Origin: an uncultured virus (IMG/VR IMGVR_UViG_3300018050_001510)
Lineage: Duplodnaviria > Heunggongvirae > Uroviricota > Caudoviricetes
DNA length: 20,000 nucleotides
IMG/VR virus record: IMGVR_UViG_3300018050_001510
Reading direction: 5' to 3' (one strand)
Shown here: piece after piece, positions 8,964-15,959 of the stretch
How positions within the stretch are numbered: the stretch's first letter is position 1
Layout of the letters: every line of letters starts with the position of its first letter
Notes under the pieces: model-generated
Told to the model about the DNA's origin: nothing
The model's input: the letters and a program-made list of their open reading frames with translations, nothing else
The model's database searches: none
Made by a program: the position numbers and the translations under genes

Positions 8964-10768
8964 AAGTTATAATTTAATGTTGGTGGCTTAGAGCCAGATT
9001 TATTCATTCCCACATAAGTAATTTTACCTGAATCTTTATCCCTATGGAAACCAAATAATGATTCTTCTTTTTCTTCTTTTACAGGCTTAGCAATAAGCTT
9101 AATCATGTCCATATCGTGCATCAAACATAATCCAAAAGCCATTGCTTCATCCGTATTCTTTGTCCCAAATTTAGCTAATTCATGCAAAAGTGACACAAAA
9201 AAAATATTATCGCAATAATCTCGCACATATTCTGCAATTAAATCTACTAAAAGACTTTTTTGGTATTCCGACATATTAACTCCATATCGATTTGTTGGCT
9301 TTGCATAGGGAGCATCTGAAGATAATGGTCGTTCTTTTAAGTATCTTAACGCTTCTTTTTTATTAAACCATCCTAAAAAATAATCATCTGTATTTTCTAC
9401 AAGTATTTGAGTATCAAAGTAAACAGCTAGTTTATAACAATTTTCACAAAATGTATCTTTTGAAGCAGGTCGGTCCAAATACTTTGCTACAGGAATATTT
9501 CCAACTGTATTTACACCTAAGAACCTACGGTACACATACATACAACCTTTTGAACGGTATTTATTATCATTTGAACCTTTTTCTTCAAACTCATCATTTA
9601 TATTGTAACTATCAACACCCGCTACGTGAGCAAATTGATAACCATCCAACGGAAGTGGTGGATCTAAAAGTTCAAAACATCCATTATCATCAAAAATAAA
9701 TTCAGGTTTAGCACCAACAACACTTTTACCTTCTTTTGTTCTGGGCCATTCTAATCGACCACGAACAACCTTTCGGGAAGAAGTATCGGTAAGTATATAA
9801 GCTTTTTGATTATTAATTTTATCAAGATCAAATGGAGTATTACCAAGTGACACAAAAGCATCTTCCATGCTAAGTGGCATCTCTTGTTTAAAAGTATAGT
9901 ACGCAAGTTTATCACCTTTTTTTTCAGCCAAACGTTTTTCAATATCTTTTGTTGCACCAGCAACATCTGACTTTCCTGTACTCATATCAAAGAATCCGAC
10001 ATAAGCTTTTGAAGCTGGAATAAATATTGGTTTTAAATTATACTTTTTGGCATCATAAAGCATATCTTGAAAATCCCTATGTTCATGGGAAATCTGATTT
10101 GAAGTACCACCAATAATTGGAATACCAAACTGTTTAGAACCTTCACGAAAACATTCTTCAGAGTTGAGGTAAATTTTTTTAAGTTTTGAAACCTCACCAC
10201 CCTCTTCAATAAACATCCATTTTAATGAAAGTCCACGAAAACAGTTTTCATCTTTTGCTATACGAAAGTGCATTTCTGATTGTAATCCTTTTGGAACCCA
10301 TTCACCTTCAATTTTTTCTTTATAACCAGATATTAAAGAACCATCTTCTGCTTTTGAATAAGATTTTAATTTAAAGTATGGATCTATTTTATTGTAAGCT
10401 TTCATGACCTTGGCACGAAAGTCCATTACATAATCTTCTTTTTCGGAAGCTACTGCAGAAACACTATTTGGAAAAAATGACCATTCATGAAGTAATAGTC
10501 CAGCATTATTAAAAGAAAAACCCTTACGTCTTGCTTTTAAAACAATAAGACCGTAAGCTCCTTTTTCAGCTTCTTCAATTTCACAATAATATTCGTGATC
10601 TTGGTCACGATAAAAAGGATGACCTACTTTTTTACGATTTGTTTTTGGGTCAAAAGTATCAATGCTGCAAAAATTTAAATAAAAATAGTAAGCTCCCGAC
10701 ATTCTAGTACCTCCATTTGGAGTATATCCATTTATACATCGGTCATACTGTTCACTCCACCAATTCAT
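8960..10768 (-). CDS. terL: terminase large subunit (true start probably further upstream, near 10843)
   Basis: Walker A LKARRKGFS, Walker B FIEEGGE, coupling motif GGTS, RNase H-like nuclease AGVDSY...DEAMAFG. Confidence 0.93.
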   Translation of the reverse strand: MNWWSEQYDRCINGYTPNGGTRMSGAYYFYLNFCSIDTFDPKTNRKKVGHPFYRDQDHEYYCEIEEAEKGAYGLIVLKARRKGFSFNNAGLLLHEWSFFPNSVSAVASEKEDYVMDFRAKVMKAYNKIDPYFKLKSYSKAEDGSLISGYKEKIEGEWVPKGLQSEMHFRIAKDENCFRGLSLKWMFIEEGGEVSKLKKIYLNSEECFREGSKQFGIPIIGGTSNQISHEHRDFQDMLYDAKKYNLKPIFIPASKAYVGFFDMSTGKSDVAGATKDIEKRLAEKKGDKLAYYTFKQEMPLSMEDAFVSLGNTPFDLDKINNQKAYILTDTSSRKVVRGRLEWPRTKEGKSVVGAKPEFIFDDNGCFELLDPPLPLDGYQFAHVAGVDSYNINDEFEEKGSNDNKYRSKGCMYVYRRFLGVNTVGNIPVAKYLDRPASKDTFCENCYKLAVYFDTQILVENTDDYFLGWFNKKEALRYLKERPLSSDAPYAKPTNRYGVNMSEYQKSLLVDLIAEYVRDYCDNIFFVSLLHELAKFGTKNTDEAMAFGLCLMHDMDMIKLIAKPVKEEKEESLFGFHRDKDSGKITYVGMNKSGSKPPTLNYNL

Positions 10769-10842
10769 ATAATCAGCAGAACCCTTACGTAAAGAATAAC
10801 GAAGAGGATCATGAACAGCCGGGCTATATTTTTCTGCTAGTA

Positions 10843-11397
10843 TCAGACTTTCATTGTTTTTTCTTTCTTTCTAAGTTTTTCCTCTTGATATGATAATGCT
10901 TCCTCTTCTTTACCATGTATCTGTACACCTTTTTCTAAACTGGCAATAATTCGTTTTTCTAATTTCTCTCTTGATTCAGCAGCTTTTTCCATTTTAATTG
11001 CCATATCGTTTACTTCGTCTAAATTTTTTGCATCAACTTTAATCCCTCGAAATATTTTTGTAATCTCATTCATCTTATCAGTCATTGCCCAATACTGGTC
11101 AAGCAATGGATCGTATTGTAACTTACGATATTCTTCACGTGCAAGATTAACTTTTGGATTACGCATATATCCTGTTTCACCATCTAATAAGTTTTCACAG
11201 GCTTGCTTTTCACGTTCCTCTGTTGGTAATTTACGATATATAGATTTATAATCTTCAACGGCTACTATCCAACGAACCATTCGTGAACCCATGTTCTTGT
11301 CTTTATAGACAGCAAAAAGTTTAGGGGCAAGAGAAATTGTCTTGTCCAGTAGGAATACATTTCCATCATTCTCAATATCTACTAAAGTCCCAAACAT
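10843..11397 (-). CDS. putative terminase small subunit
   Basis: 184 aa helical protein directly upstream of terL, with DYKS.Y...EER and A.E.Y.KLQYDP motifs. The function is inferred from position and size. Confidence 0.45.
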   Translation of the reverse strand: MFGTLVDIENDGNVFLLDKTISLAPKLFAVYKDKNMGSRMVRWIVAVEDYKSIYRKLPTEEREKQACENLLDGETGYMRNPKVNLAREEYRKLQYDPLLDQYWAMTDKMNEITKIFRGIKVDAKNLDEVNDMAIKMEKAAESREKLEKRIIASLEKGVQIHGKEEEALSYQEEKLRKKEKTMKV

Positions 11398-11588
11398 GGT
11401 TCTTGTTCATCAGTTATTAAACCAGTTTTATTTTTTGGTGTTGCATGAAAATCAAAAAAAAGAAATCTCATTCTTGTTCCTAAATAAAAATAATAATGAG
11501 GCTTACGTCTTATAATACGAGAAAATCTTCTATGTTTTTCAATAGAAGATTCACTTTTTGACTTTCTAATAATACGATACGAAATCAT
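11382..11588 (-). CDS. hypothetical basic protein
   Basis: 68 aa. Its ATG overlaps the upstream stop (TAATG) and its end overlaps the next gene. Confidence 0.45.
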   Translation of the reverse strand: MISYRIIRKSKSESSIEKHRRFSRIIRRKPHYYFYLGTRMRFLFFDFHATPKNKTGLITDEQEPCLGL

Positions 11589-11701
11589 TAATAAGGAGAT
11601 TTCATTTTCTTTGGTCCTTTAACTGGTGTAAGTTTCTTAACTCCCTTTGGAGCTTTTACAGTTTTTAATCCCTTCGGAGCTTTTACTTTTTTTTGTGACA
11701 T
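11588..11701 (-). CDS. 37-aa Lys/Pro-rich basic micro-protein
   Basis: Not in the ORF track. MSQKKVKAPKGLKTVKAPKGVKKLTPVKGPKKMKSPY, with an A-rich start context and TAATG coupling to the next gene. Confidence 0.7.
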   Translation of the reverse strand: MSQKKVKAPKGLKTVKAPKGVKKLTPVKGPKKMKSPY

Positions 11702-11716
11702 AATATTAATTTTAAA

Positions 11717-11968
11717 TTAAACGTGATTATTCATAAGAGGAATTTTTAATTCTCTCAATAAATTTATGACTAACACTTCTGCATCTAATTTATGGCGAAA
11801 TTCATTCTCCATAATTTTTTTGCATATAGCGGTAATCTCTTCAGGAATGGAATAACCTACAACGGCTTTCCAATGACCTGTATTTTGACAATGATAATAT
11901 AAACGATCATTGCATCTAGCGCCTTTATTCTCGCTAAAAATTTCTACGGTGTAATTGTTTTGTGACAT
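11717..11968 (-). CDS. hypothetical protein, first gene of the leftward operon
   Basis: 83 aa, with a TATATTTG box 20 nt upstream. Confidence 0.7.
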   Translation of the reverse strand: MSQNNYTVEIFSENKGARCNDRLYYHCQNTGHWKAVVGYSIPEEITAICKKIMENEFRHKLDAEVLVINLLRELKIPLMNNHV

Positions 11969-11985
11969 AATTTATTTTACTCTCA

Positions 11986-12017
11986 TTGCAAATATATATA
12001 AAAAAATAATACCTTTG
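11986..12017. promoter_or_regulatory. overlapping divergent Bacteroidota-type promoters
   Basis: Minus strand TATATTTG at 11996-11989. Plus strand TTG (11986-88)-N21-TACCTTTG (12010-17). Confidence 0.65.
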
Positions 12018-12124
12018 ACACTTCGGCAAATCCTCAGCTTTCTTTTAAGCTACCCACGATGGATTAACGCTTCTCTCGCATCTAACCCTCGGTAACGGGG
12101 GTTCGGTGTTTAATAACATATCCT

Positions 12125-12412
12125 ATGCAGAAACCAATAGTTATTATTTGTGATCTCCAAGTTTCATACTACAAAGAAAACAAAACGAATAAAAAGCCCG
12201 AAACACTAAAAACAATTTTTAAAAAAGAATCAATTACTGTCTGGGATGATATCCAAACGATACCCAGCAATCTAATCGAAGCGTATAAAAAGAGATTTGG
12301 AAAAGAGATTTCCGAAAAAGTCTCTGTTACAGAAATACAAATTATAAACTTCCACCAATCATTCGGTCCAGTTAATTATATCCCAAAAGAAGGTTGGCAA
12401 ACATATAAATAA
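12125..12412 (+). CDS. hypothetical protein
   Basis: 95 aa ORF downstream of the plus-strand promoter and a structured leader. Confidence 0.7.
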   Translation: MQKPIVIICDLQVSYYKENKTNKKPETLKTIFKKESITVWDDIQTIPSNLIEAYKKRFGKEISEKVSVTEIQIINFHQSFGPVNYIPKEGWQTYK

Positions 12413-12418
12413 ATAATT

Positions 12419-12523
12419 ATGAAAATAAATCTAATAATCTTTATCGCTATTTCCTCAACAGCAGTATTTGCCCTAACAGGTTATTTCTGCATCTATCCAT
12501 TAATTCTTAAAAACCAAAACTAA
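12419..12523 (+). CDS. 34-aa single-pass membrane micro-protein
   Basis: Not in the ORF track. MKINLIIFIAISSTAVFALTGYFCIYPLILKNQN, starting 6 nt after the previous stop with an AATAATTATG context. Confidence 0.55.
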   Translation: MKINLIIFIAISSTAVFALTGYFCIYPLILKNQN

Positions 12524-12534
12524 TTTTCTATAAA

Positions 12535-12568
12535 ACAAAAAATCCAGAAGATATTTCTACCCCCTGGA
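12535..12568 (-). terminator. intrinsic terminator between convergent genes
   Basis: Minus strand TCCAGGGGGTA-GAAA-TATCTTCTGGA (11 bp, 3 G-U pairs) followed by TTTTTT. The G-U pairs fix the minus strand. Confidence 0.75.
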
Positions 12569-12634
12569 CTTCTTGCAAAACATAAAACATTGTTCGATTT
12601 TAAAACAAAGAAAAAACTATTCCAAAGATAATAA

Positions 12635-13165
12635 TTAATCCTTACCTACAACACCCCTCTTCCAACCAATAGCATTATCTTCCGTATCTACATCATCAAT
12701 CCTTACCATAATCCTCGTATTACTTACCCAACTTAAAAACCATCCATAATACTTCGTATCTCCCTCATACCGGTAAATCCTCTCTCCACCTTCCATATCC
12801 TTTAATTCACTATTCAATAACGCATGCGCCGTCTCCTCATCCATATTCTCGTACATCAAATATCCCTGATCTATAAACTCCCTACCCCTATCACTAATCT
12901 GAAACTTTACCTTATAATATCCCCCCTCAACATTCATCTCCCTTTCTACCACCCCCACCATAACATCAGATTCACCTAATCGTACAACTAATCCATAACT
13001 CATACTACCAAACGTAAAAACCTTCCTTACATTCATCTTCTCAATATCATCCCTCATTACACCCCTCCTCAATAATCCACTAAATACCTTATCAAGCAAC
13101 CTGGACTCAACATCCAAATACTCCTTAACCATTTGCTCAAACATCTCTATCCTCTCCATATTCAA
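12635..13165 (-). CDS. hypothetical protein encoded by a C-depleted strand
   Basis: 176 aa (TTG start, or ATG at 13159) followed by a terminator. It contains no Pro or Cys. Confidence 0.6.
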   Translation of the reverse strand: MNMERIEMFEQMVKEYLDVESRLLDKVFSGLLRRGVMRDDIEKMNVRKVFTFGSMSYGLVVRLGESDVMVGVVEREMNVEGGYYKVKFQISDRGREFIDQGYLMYENMDEETAHALLNSELKDMEGGERIYRYEGDTKYYGWFLSWVSNTRIMVRIDDVDTEDNAIGWKRGVVGKD

Positions 13166-13594
13166 AAATTACATAACTAACCCCCATTGCGTAAACTTTA
13201 CAGTACAAACACCCCCCCTATAGTACTGAAAATTATATTTGTGATACCCCGGTACGGAGGTTATCACTAAAAAACCCCGATAATAAAATCAAAATGGAAA
13301 CAGGGAGGCATCAATTCATCAAAAATTTTTTCATTTTGGAAAAAATATCGTCTAATAATGATAAATTCTAATCATTTTTGACGATTATGTAGAACTAATT
13401 AACTATAATATAATCAATCTATTACTTGTGAGGTAATCCCTTATCTACGTTAATCAATATTATAATTATGTGTGCTTTACTATCTATTGAGAATATTATA
13501 TACGATGTAAAGATGTGTGATATTGTCCTAAGACTTTGTAAAGTTAGCGGAAATAAATGAGATAGTCAAGAATCTAAACGTATTTAGGTGAACT

Positions 13595-13675
13595 TAGTCG
13601 TTTGTTGTCGGATAAATATATTATTATCATTGATTCTCAATGATAATAATTAATAGCCGTTTGTTGTCGGCTAAA
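13595..13675. repeat. two 22-nt direct repeats flanking a 14-bp perfect palindrome
   Basis: TAGTCGTTTGTTGTCGGATAAA (13595-13616) and TAGCCGTTTGTTGTCGGCTAAA (13654-13675). Between them ATTATTATCATTGA-TTC-TCAATGATAATAAT (13620-13650). Confidence 0.85.
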
Positions 13676-13692
13676 CAAATACAATAATGTTT

Positions 13693-13750
13693 AGGGGCTT
13701 TATTGTCTTTTGTATCAATTAAACTAATTTAAACTAAATACTATTACAAC
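13693..13750 (+). repeat. intergenic hairpin + translation-start module, copy 1
   Basis: AGGGGC-TTTATT-GTCTTT TG...AAACTAAATACTATTACAAC ATG. Confidence 0.7.
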
Positions 13751-13969
13751 ATGGAAAACACAATCATTTTAGGTAATTTACTGGAATATTTCGGTGGATT
13801 AAATACTGAAAACAAACAAGATGTTATTAATACAGTAAAAGAAGTAAACCTTCCTGTATTCAATGATTTGACTAATGATGTTTATACAATTGAAGACTTT
13901 GAAAAAAGAATAGATTCAATCGTAGAAAATTATGAAACCATATTAAGAAACATCACAATTGAATTGTAA
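13751..13969 (+). CDS. hypothetical acidic early protein
   Basis: 72 aa flanked by repeat modules. Confidence 0.75.
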   Translation: MENTIILGNLLEYFGGLNTENKQDVINTVKEVNLPVFNDLTNDVYTIEDFEKRIDSIVENYETILRNITIEL

Positions 13970-13973
13970 ACAT

Positions 13974-14018
13974 AAGGGCTTAACAGCCCTTTGTATTAAT
14001 TAATTAAATCTAAATACT
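13974..14018 (+). repeat. intergenic hairpin + translation-start module, copy 2
   Basis: AAGGGCT-TAAC-AGCCCTT TGTATTAATTAATTAAATCTAAATACT ATG. Confidence 0.85.
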
Positions 14019-14285
14019 ATGTACTACATTTTAAAAGATAAACAACCTGTAAAGGTTAGTTATGATGAGTATCTAAAGCAAAACATCAGTGATGATATAA
14101 TTGCTAAAGATAACTTTGGAACAACGATAATATCAACAGTATTTGTTGGTGTTTATAATTGTATGTTCGAAACAATGGTGTTCGGAGATCCAGACTTAGA
14201 AGGATATCAAAAAAGATATTCAACTTATGAAGAGTCTGTAAAAGGACATCAAATGATTAAAGAATGTATCGAAAAGTTGTCGTAA
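14019..14285 (+). CDS. conserved phage hypothetical protein
   Basis: 88 aa with the ISTVF.G...FETMVF...YQ.RYST.EE...GH pattern I recognise from small phage proteins of unknown function. Confidence 0.8.
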   Translation: MYYILKDKQPVKVSYDEYLKQNISDDIIAKDNFGTTIISTVFVGVYNCMFETMVFGDPDLEGYQKRYSTYEESVKGHQMIKECIEKLS

Positions 14286-14293
14286 CTATTACT

Positions 14294-14339
14294 CAAAGGG
14301 CTTTAATGTCCTTTGATTATTAACCTAAAACTAAATGTT
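14294..14339 (+). repeat. intergenic hairpin + translation-start module, copy 3
   Basis: CAAAGGGC-TTTAAT-GTCCTTTG ATTATTAACCTAAAACTAAATGTT ATG. Confidence 0.85.
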
Positions 14340-14639
14340 ATGAAAAATCAATTCGCTGTTATCGTTCCTGAGCAATTCGGGAACTTGAATGTTACAATCT
14401 TTGGAACAAACAACAATGTTGCAGAAGTAACCGAAAAACATCTTGTTACAAGCATTGATAATGCAAAAGCTGTCATTAGATACAAAGCATTATCATTTGC
14501 AGACAAGATGAAGTTGAACAGACCGAGTATAACTATTGGAATCAATGAGCAATCATTGGAAGGCAATGGTAAATTACAAGGTCATATCAGCTTTGGTGAT
14601 GAGTGCAAGTATGACGGTACTTGGGAGTTACAGATGTAA
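14340..14639 (+). CDS. hypothetical protein (99 aa)
   Basis: The track start at 14313 (TTG) lies inside the repeat hairpin. The in-frame ATG at 14340 follows the conserved AAACTAAA motif. Confidence 0.75.
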   Translation: MKNQFAVIVPEQFGNLNVTIFGTNNNVAEVTEKHLVTSIDNAKAVIRYKALSFADKMKLNRPSITIGINEQSLEGNGKLQGHISFGDECKYDGTWELQM

Positions 14640-14641
14640 TG

Positions 14642-14693
14642 ATAAACAAAGGGCTTTACAGCCCTTTGTTTATTAATTAAAAACTAAATAGTT
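14642..14693 (+). repeat. intergenic hairpin + translation-start module, copy 4
   Basis: ATAAACAAAGGGCT-TTAC-AGCCCTTTGTTTAT (14-bp perfect stem) TAATTAAAAACTAAATAGTT ATG. Confidence 0.85.
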
Positions 14694-15041
14694 ATGCATA
14701 AAAATTTAAAGATTAATCTACATCGTGGATTGATAGAAGATAAAGAAAAACTTTACTTCAAAATTCAAAACATGAAATCCTTCATAATACTTGAAGGAAA
14801 CAACGACAATATGCTAACAGAATACATGGAAAGAAAACATACATTCTTATGTCCTAAAAAGAAATACAAAGACAGATTGTATGATTTATATCCAATGTAT
14901 ATCTGGGATTTTCTAAGAGAAATCACATTTGATTCAAGCATGAGTGGATTCTTTGAATTCAAATCAAAGAAAATAAAATTCCATATCGTGCAAACATCAA
15001 ACTGGGATGAATCAAAGAATTGGTATATTGCTATTTACTAA
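14694..15041 (+). CDS. hypothetical protein
   Basis: 115 aa flanked by repeat modules. Confidence 0.75.
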   Translation: MHKNLKINLHRGLIEDKEKLYFKIQNMKSFIILEGNNDNMLTEYMERKHTFLCPKKKYKDRLYDLYPMYIWDFLREITFDSSMSGFFEFKSKKIKFHIVQTSNWDESKNWYIAIY

Positions 15042-15047
15042 TCAAGT

Positions 15048-15069
15048 AAGGGTGCTTTTGTGCCCTTTG
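15048..15069 (+). repeat. hairpin variant, copy 5 (possible terminator)
   Basis: AAGGGTGC-TTTT-GTGCCCTT TG followed by a T-rich tract. Confidence 0.65.
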
Positions 15070-15151
15070 CTTTGTTTTTAGGTTTACAAAGATAGCATTG
15101 GGAGAGTAGCATACATGATTCATTATGCTCACAACTGGACAACAGAGTTTT

Positions 15152-15208
15152 AGGGCTTTGTTGTCCTTTGTTTTGTTACAATGTCGTAACAATTAAAAAC
15201 TAAAACAA
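15152..15208 (+). repeat. intergenic hairpin + translation-start module, copy 6
   Basis: AGGGC-TTTGTT-GTCCT TTG...AATTAAAAACTAAAACAA ATG, with an inserted TTGTTAC/GTAACAA stem. Confidence 0.75.
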
Positions 15209-15808
15209 ATGAGTAATTTAAAAGCATTATTGGCGAAACGTCAATCAGGTGAGGCTAAATCAACCGTTCAATTGAATCAATCAGGTAACGTAAAAATCGT
15301 TTCCGTTGAATCAGAAGTTTCACAAAAAGGAAATGGAATGATTGTAATGGTTGTTGAAGAAGAACTTGGTTTGAAACTTCAAAAGAAAGAATTCATGAGA
15401 ACTTCTCAGGTGAAATACTTAGAAGGTTACAGAAAAAAGATGAACTTGTTATTGGAATTCAACAAAATTCCAGCACCAACTGTTCAAACTCCATTCGCTT
15501 TTGTTCTTGACGCTAATAAAGAACCGATTACCATCAACGCTGAATTAAAAGGCGAAGAGTTATCGGCTGAATTAAAGCGTACCAAAGAAGAACTTGGTTC
15601 GGATGAATTCATTACGGTTACAGACGATGCGGGTACTAAATTCCGAGTATTGGTAGTTGTTGACGAGTCAGCAATTCCAGCTTACAACGAGGCTTATGCA
15701 AATGCATTGAAACAATGTATTGATAAAAGTTTCTATTTGGAATTGAAAGAAAAAGATTCACAAGGTTATTGGAAGACATTCTATTTACCACGTAAATCAG
15801 CAAAATAA
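15209..15808 (+). CDS. putative OB-fold ssDNA-binding protein (DUF669-like)
   Basis: 199 aa. VKIVSVESEVSQKGNGMIVMVV resembles the DUF669-type N-terminal strands, and CIDKSFYLELKEK resembles the C-terminal strand. Codon usage suggests high expression. It lacks the usual acidic tail. Confidence 0.45.
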   Translation: MSNLKALLAKRQSGEAKSTVQLNQSGNVKIVSVESEVSQKGNGMIVMVVEEELGLKLQKKEFMRTSQVKYLEGYRKKMNLLLEFNKIPAPTVQTPFAFVLDANKEPITINAELKGEELSAELKRTKEELGSDEFITVTDDAGTKFRVLVVVDESAIPAYNEAYANALKQCIDKSFYLELKEKDSQGYWKTFYLPRKSAK

Positions 15809-15815
15809 GGTTAAA

Positions 15816-15840
15816 AGAGGGCAGAAATGCCCTCTCCTTT
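15816..15840 (+). terminator. GNRA-capped hairpin, probable terminator
   Basis: AGAGGGCA-GAAA-TGCCCTCT CCTTT, 7 nt after the stop. Confidence 0.65.
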
Positions 15841-15894
15841 ATATTGTACTTTGTATTACTTCGTAATACATTTTTTTTATAAATCCTTGCTTCT

Positions 15895-15959
15895 CGCTTA
15901 CCCATAATGCTTACCCATATTGCTTACCGATAACGCTTAACCATTATGCTTAAAAACAC
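15895..15959. repeat. tandem 13-bp repeats (YGCTTAcCsATwW)
   Basis: CGCTTACCCATAA / TGCTTACCCATAT / TGCTTACCGATAA / CGCTTAACCATTA / TGCTTAAAAACAC at 15895, 15908, 15921, 15934, 15947. Confidence 0.85.

Noticed and set aside
4259..9699. Plus-strand ORFs 4259-4573, 5994-6326, 6438-6701, 7054-7254, 8497-8772, 9451-9699
   Set aside because: Antisense shadows of well-supported structural genes, with S/F/I-rich composition.
3449..9966. Nested same-strand ORFs 3449-3670 and 9751-9966
   Set aside because: Out-of-frame ORFs inside longer genes, with no start context or recognisable motifs.
4168..10768. Introns or inteins in terminase, portal or MCP
   Set aside because: The ORFs are continuous and of ordinary length, with no intein splice or homing endonuclease motifs seen.
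12017..12110. tRNA gene
   Set aside because: No TTC-R-A T-loop, D-loop GG or cloverleaf spacing on either strand.
13693..15208. CRISPR array interpretation of the intergenic repeats
   Set aside because: The repeats are degenerate, the spacing is irregular (about 100-400 nt), the intervals are genes, and no cas genes are present.
14348..15905. Minus-strand ORFs 14348-14566, 14765-14962, 15636-15905
   Set aside because: Antisense to plus-strand genes that have clear start modules.
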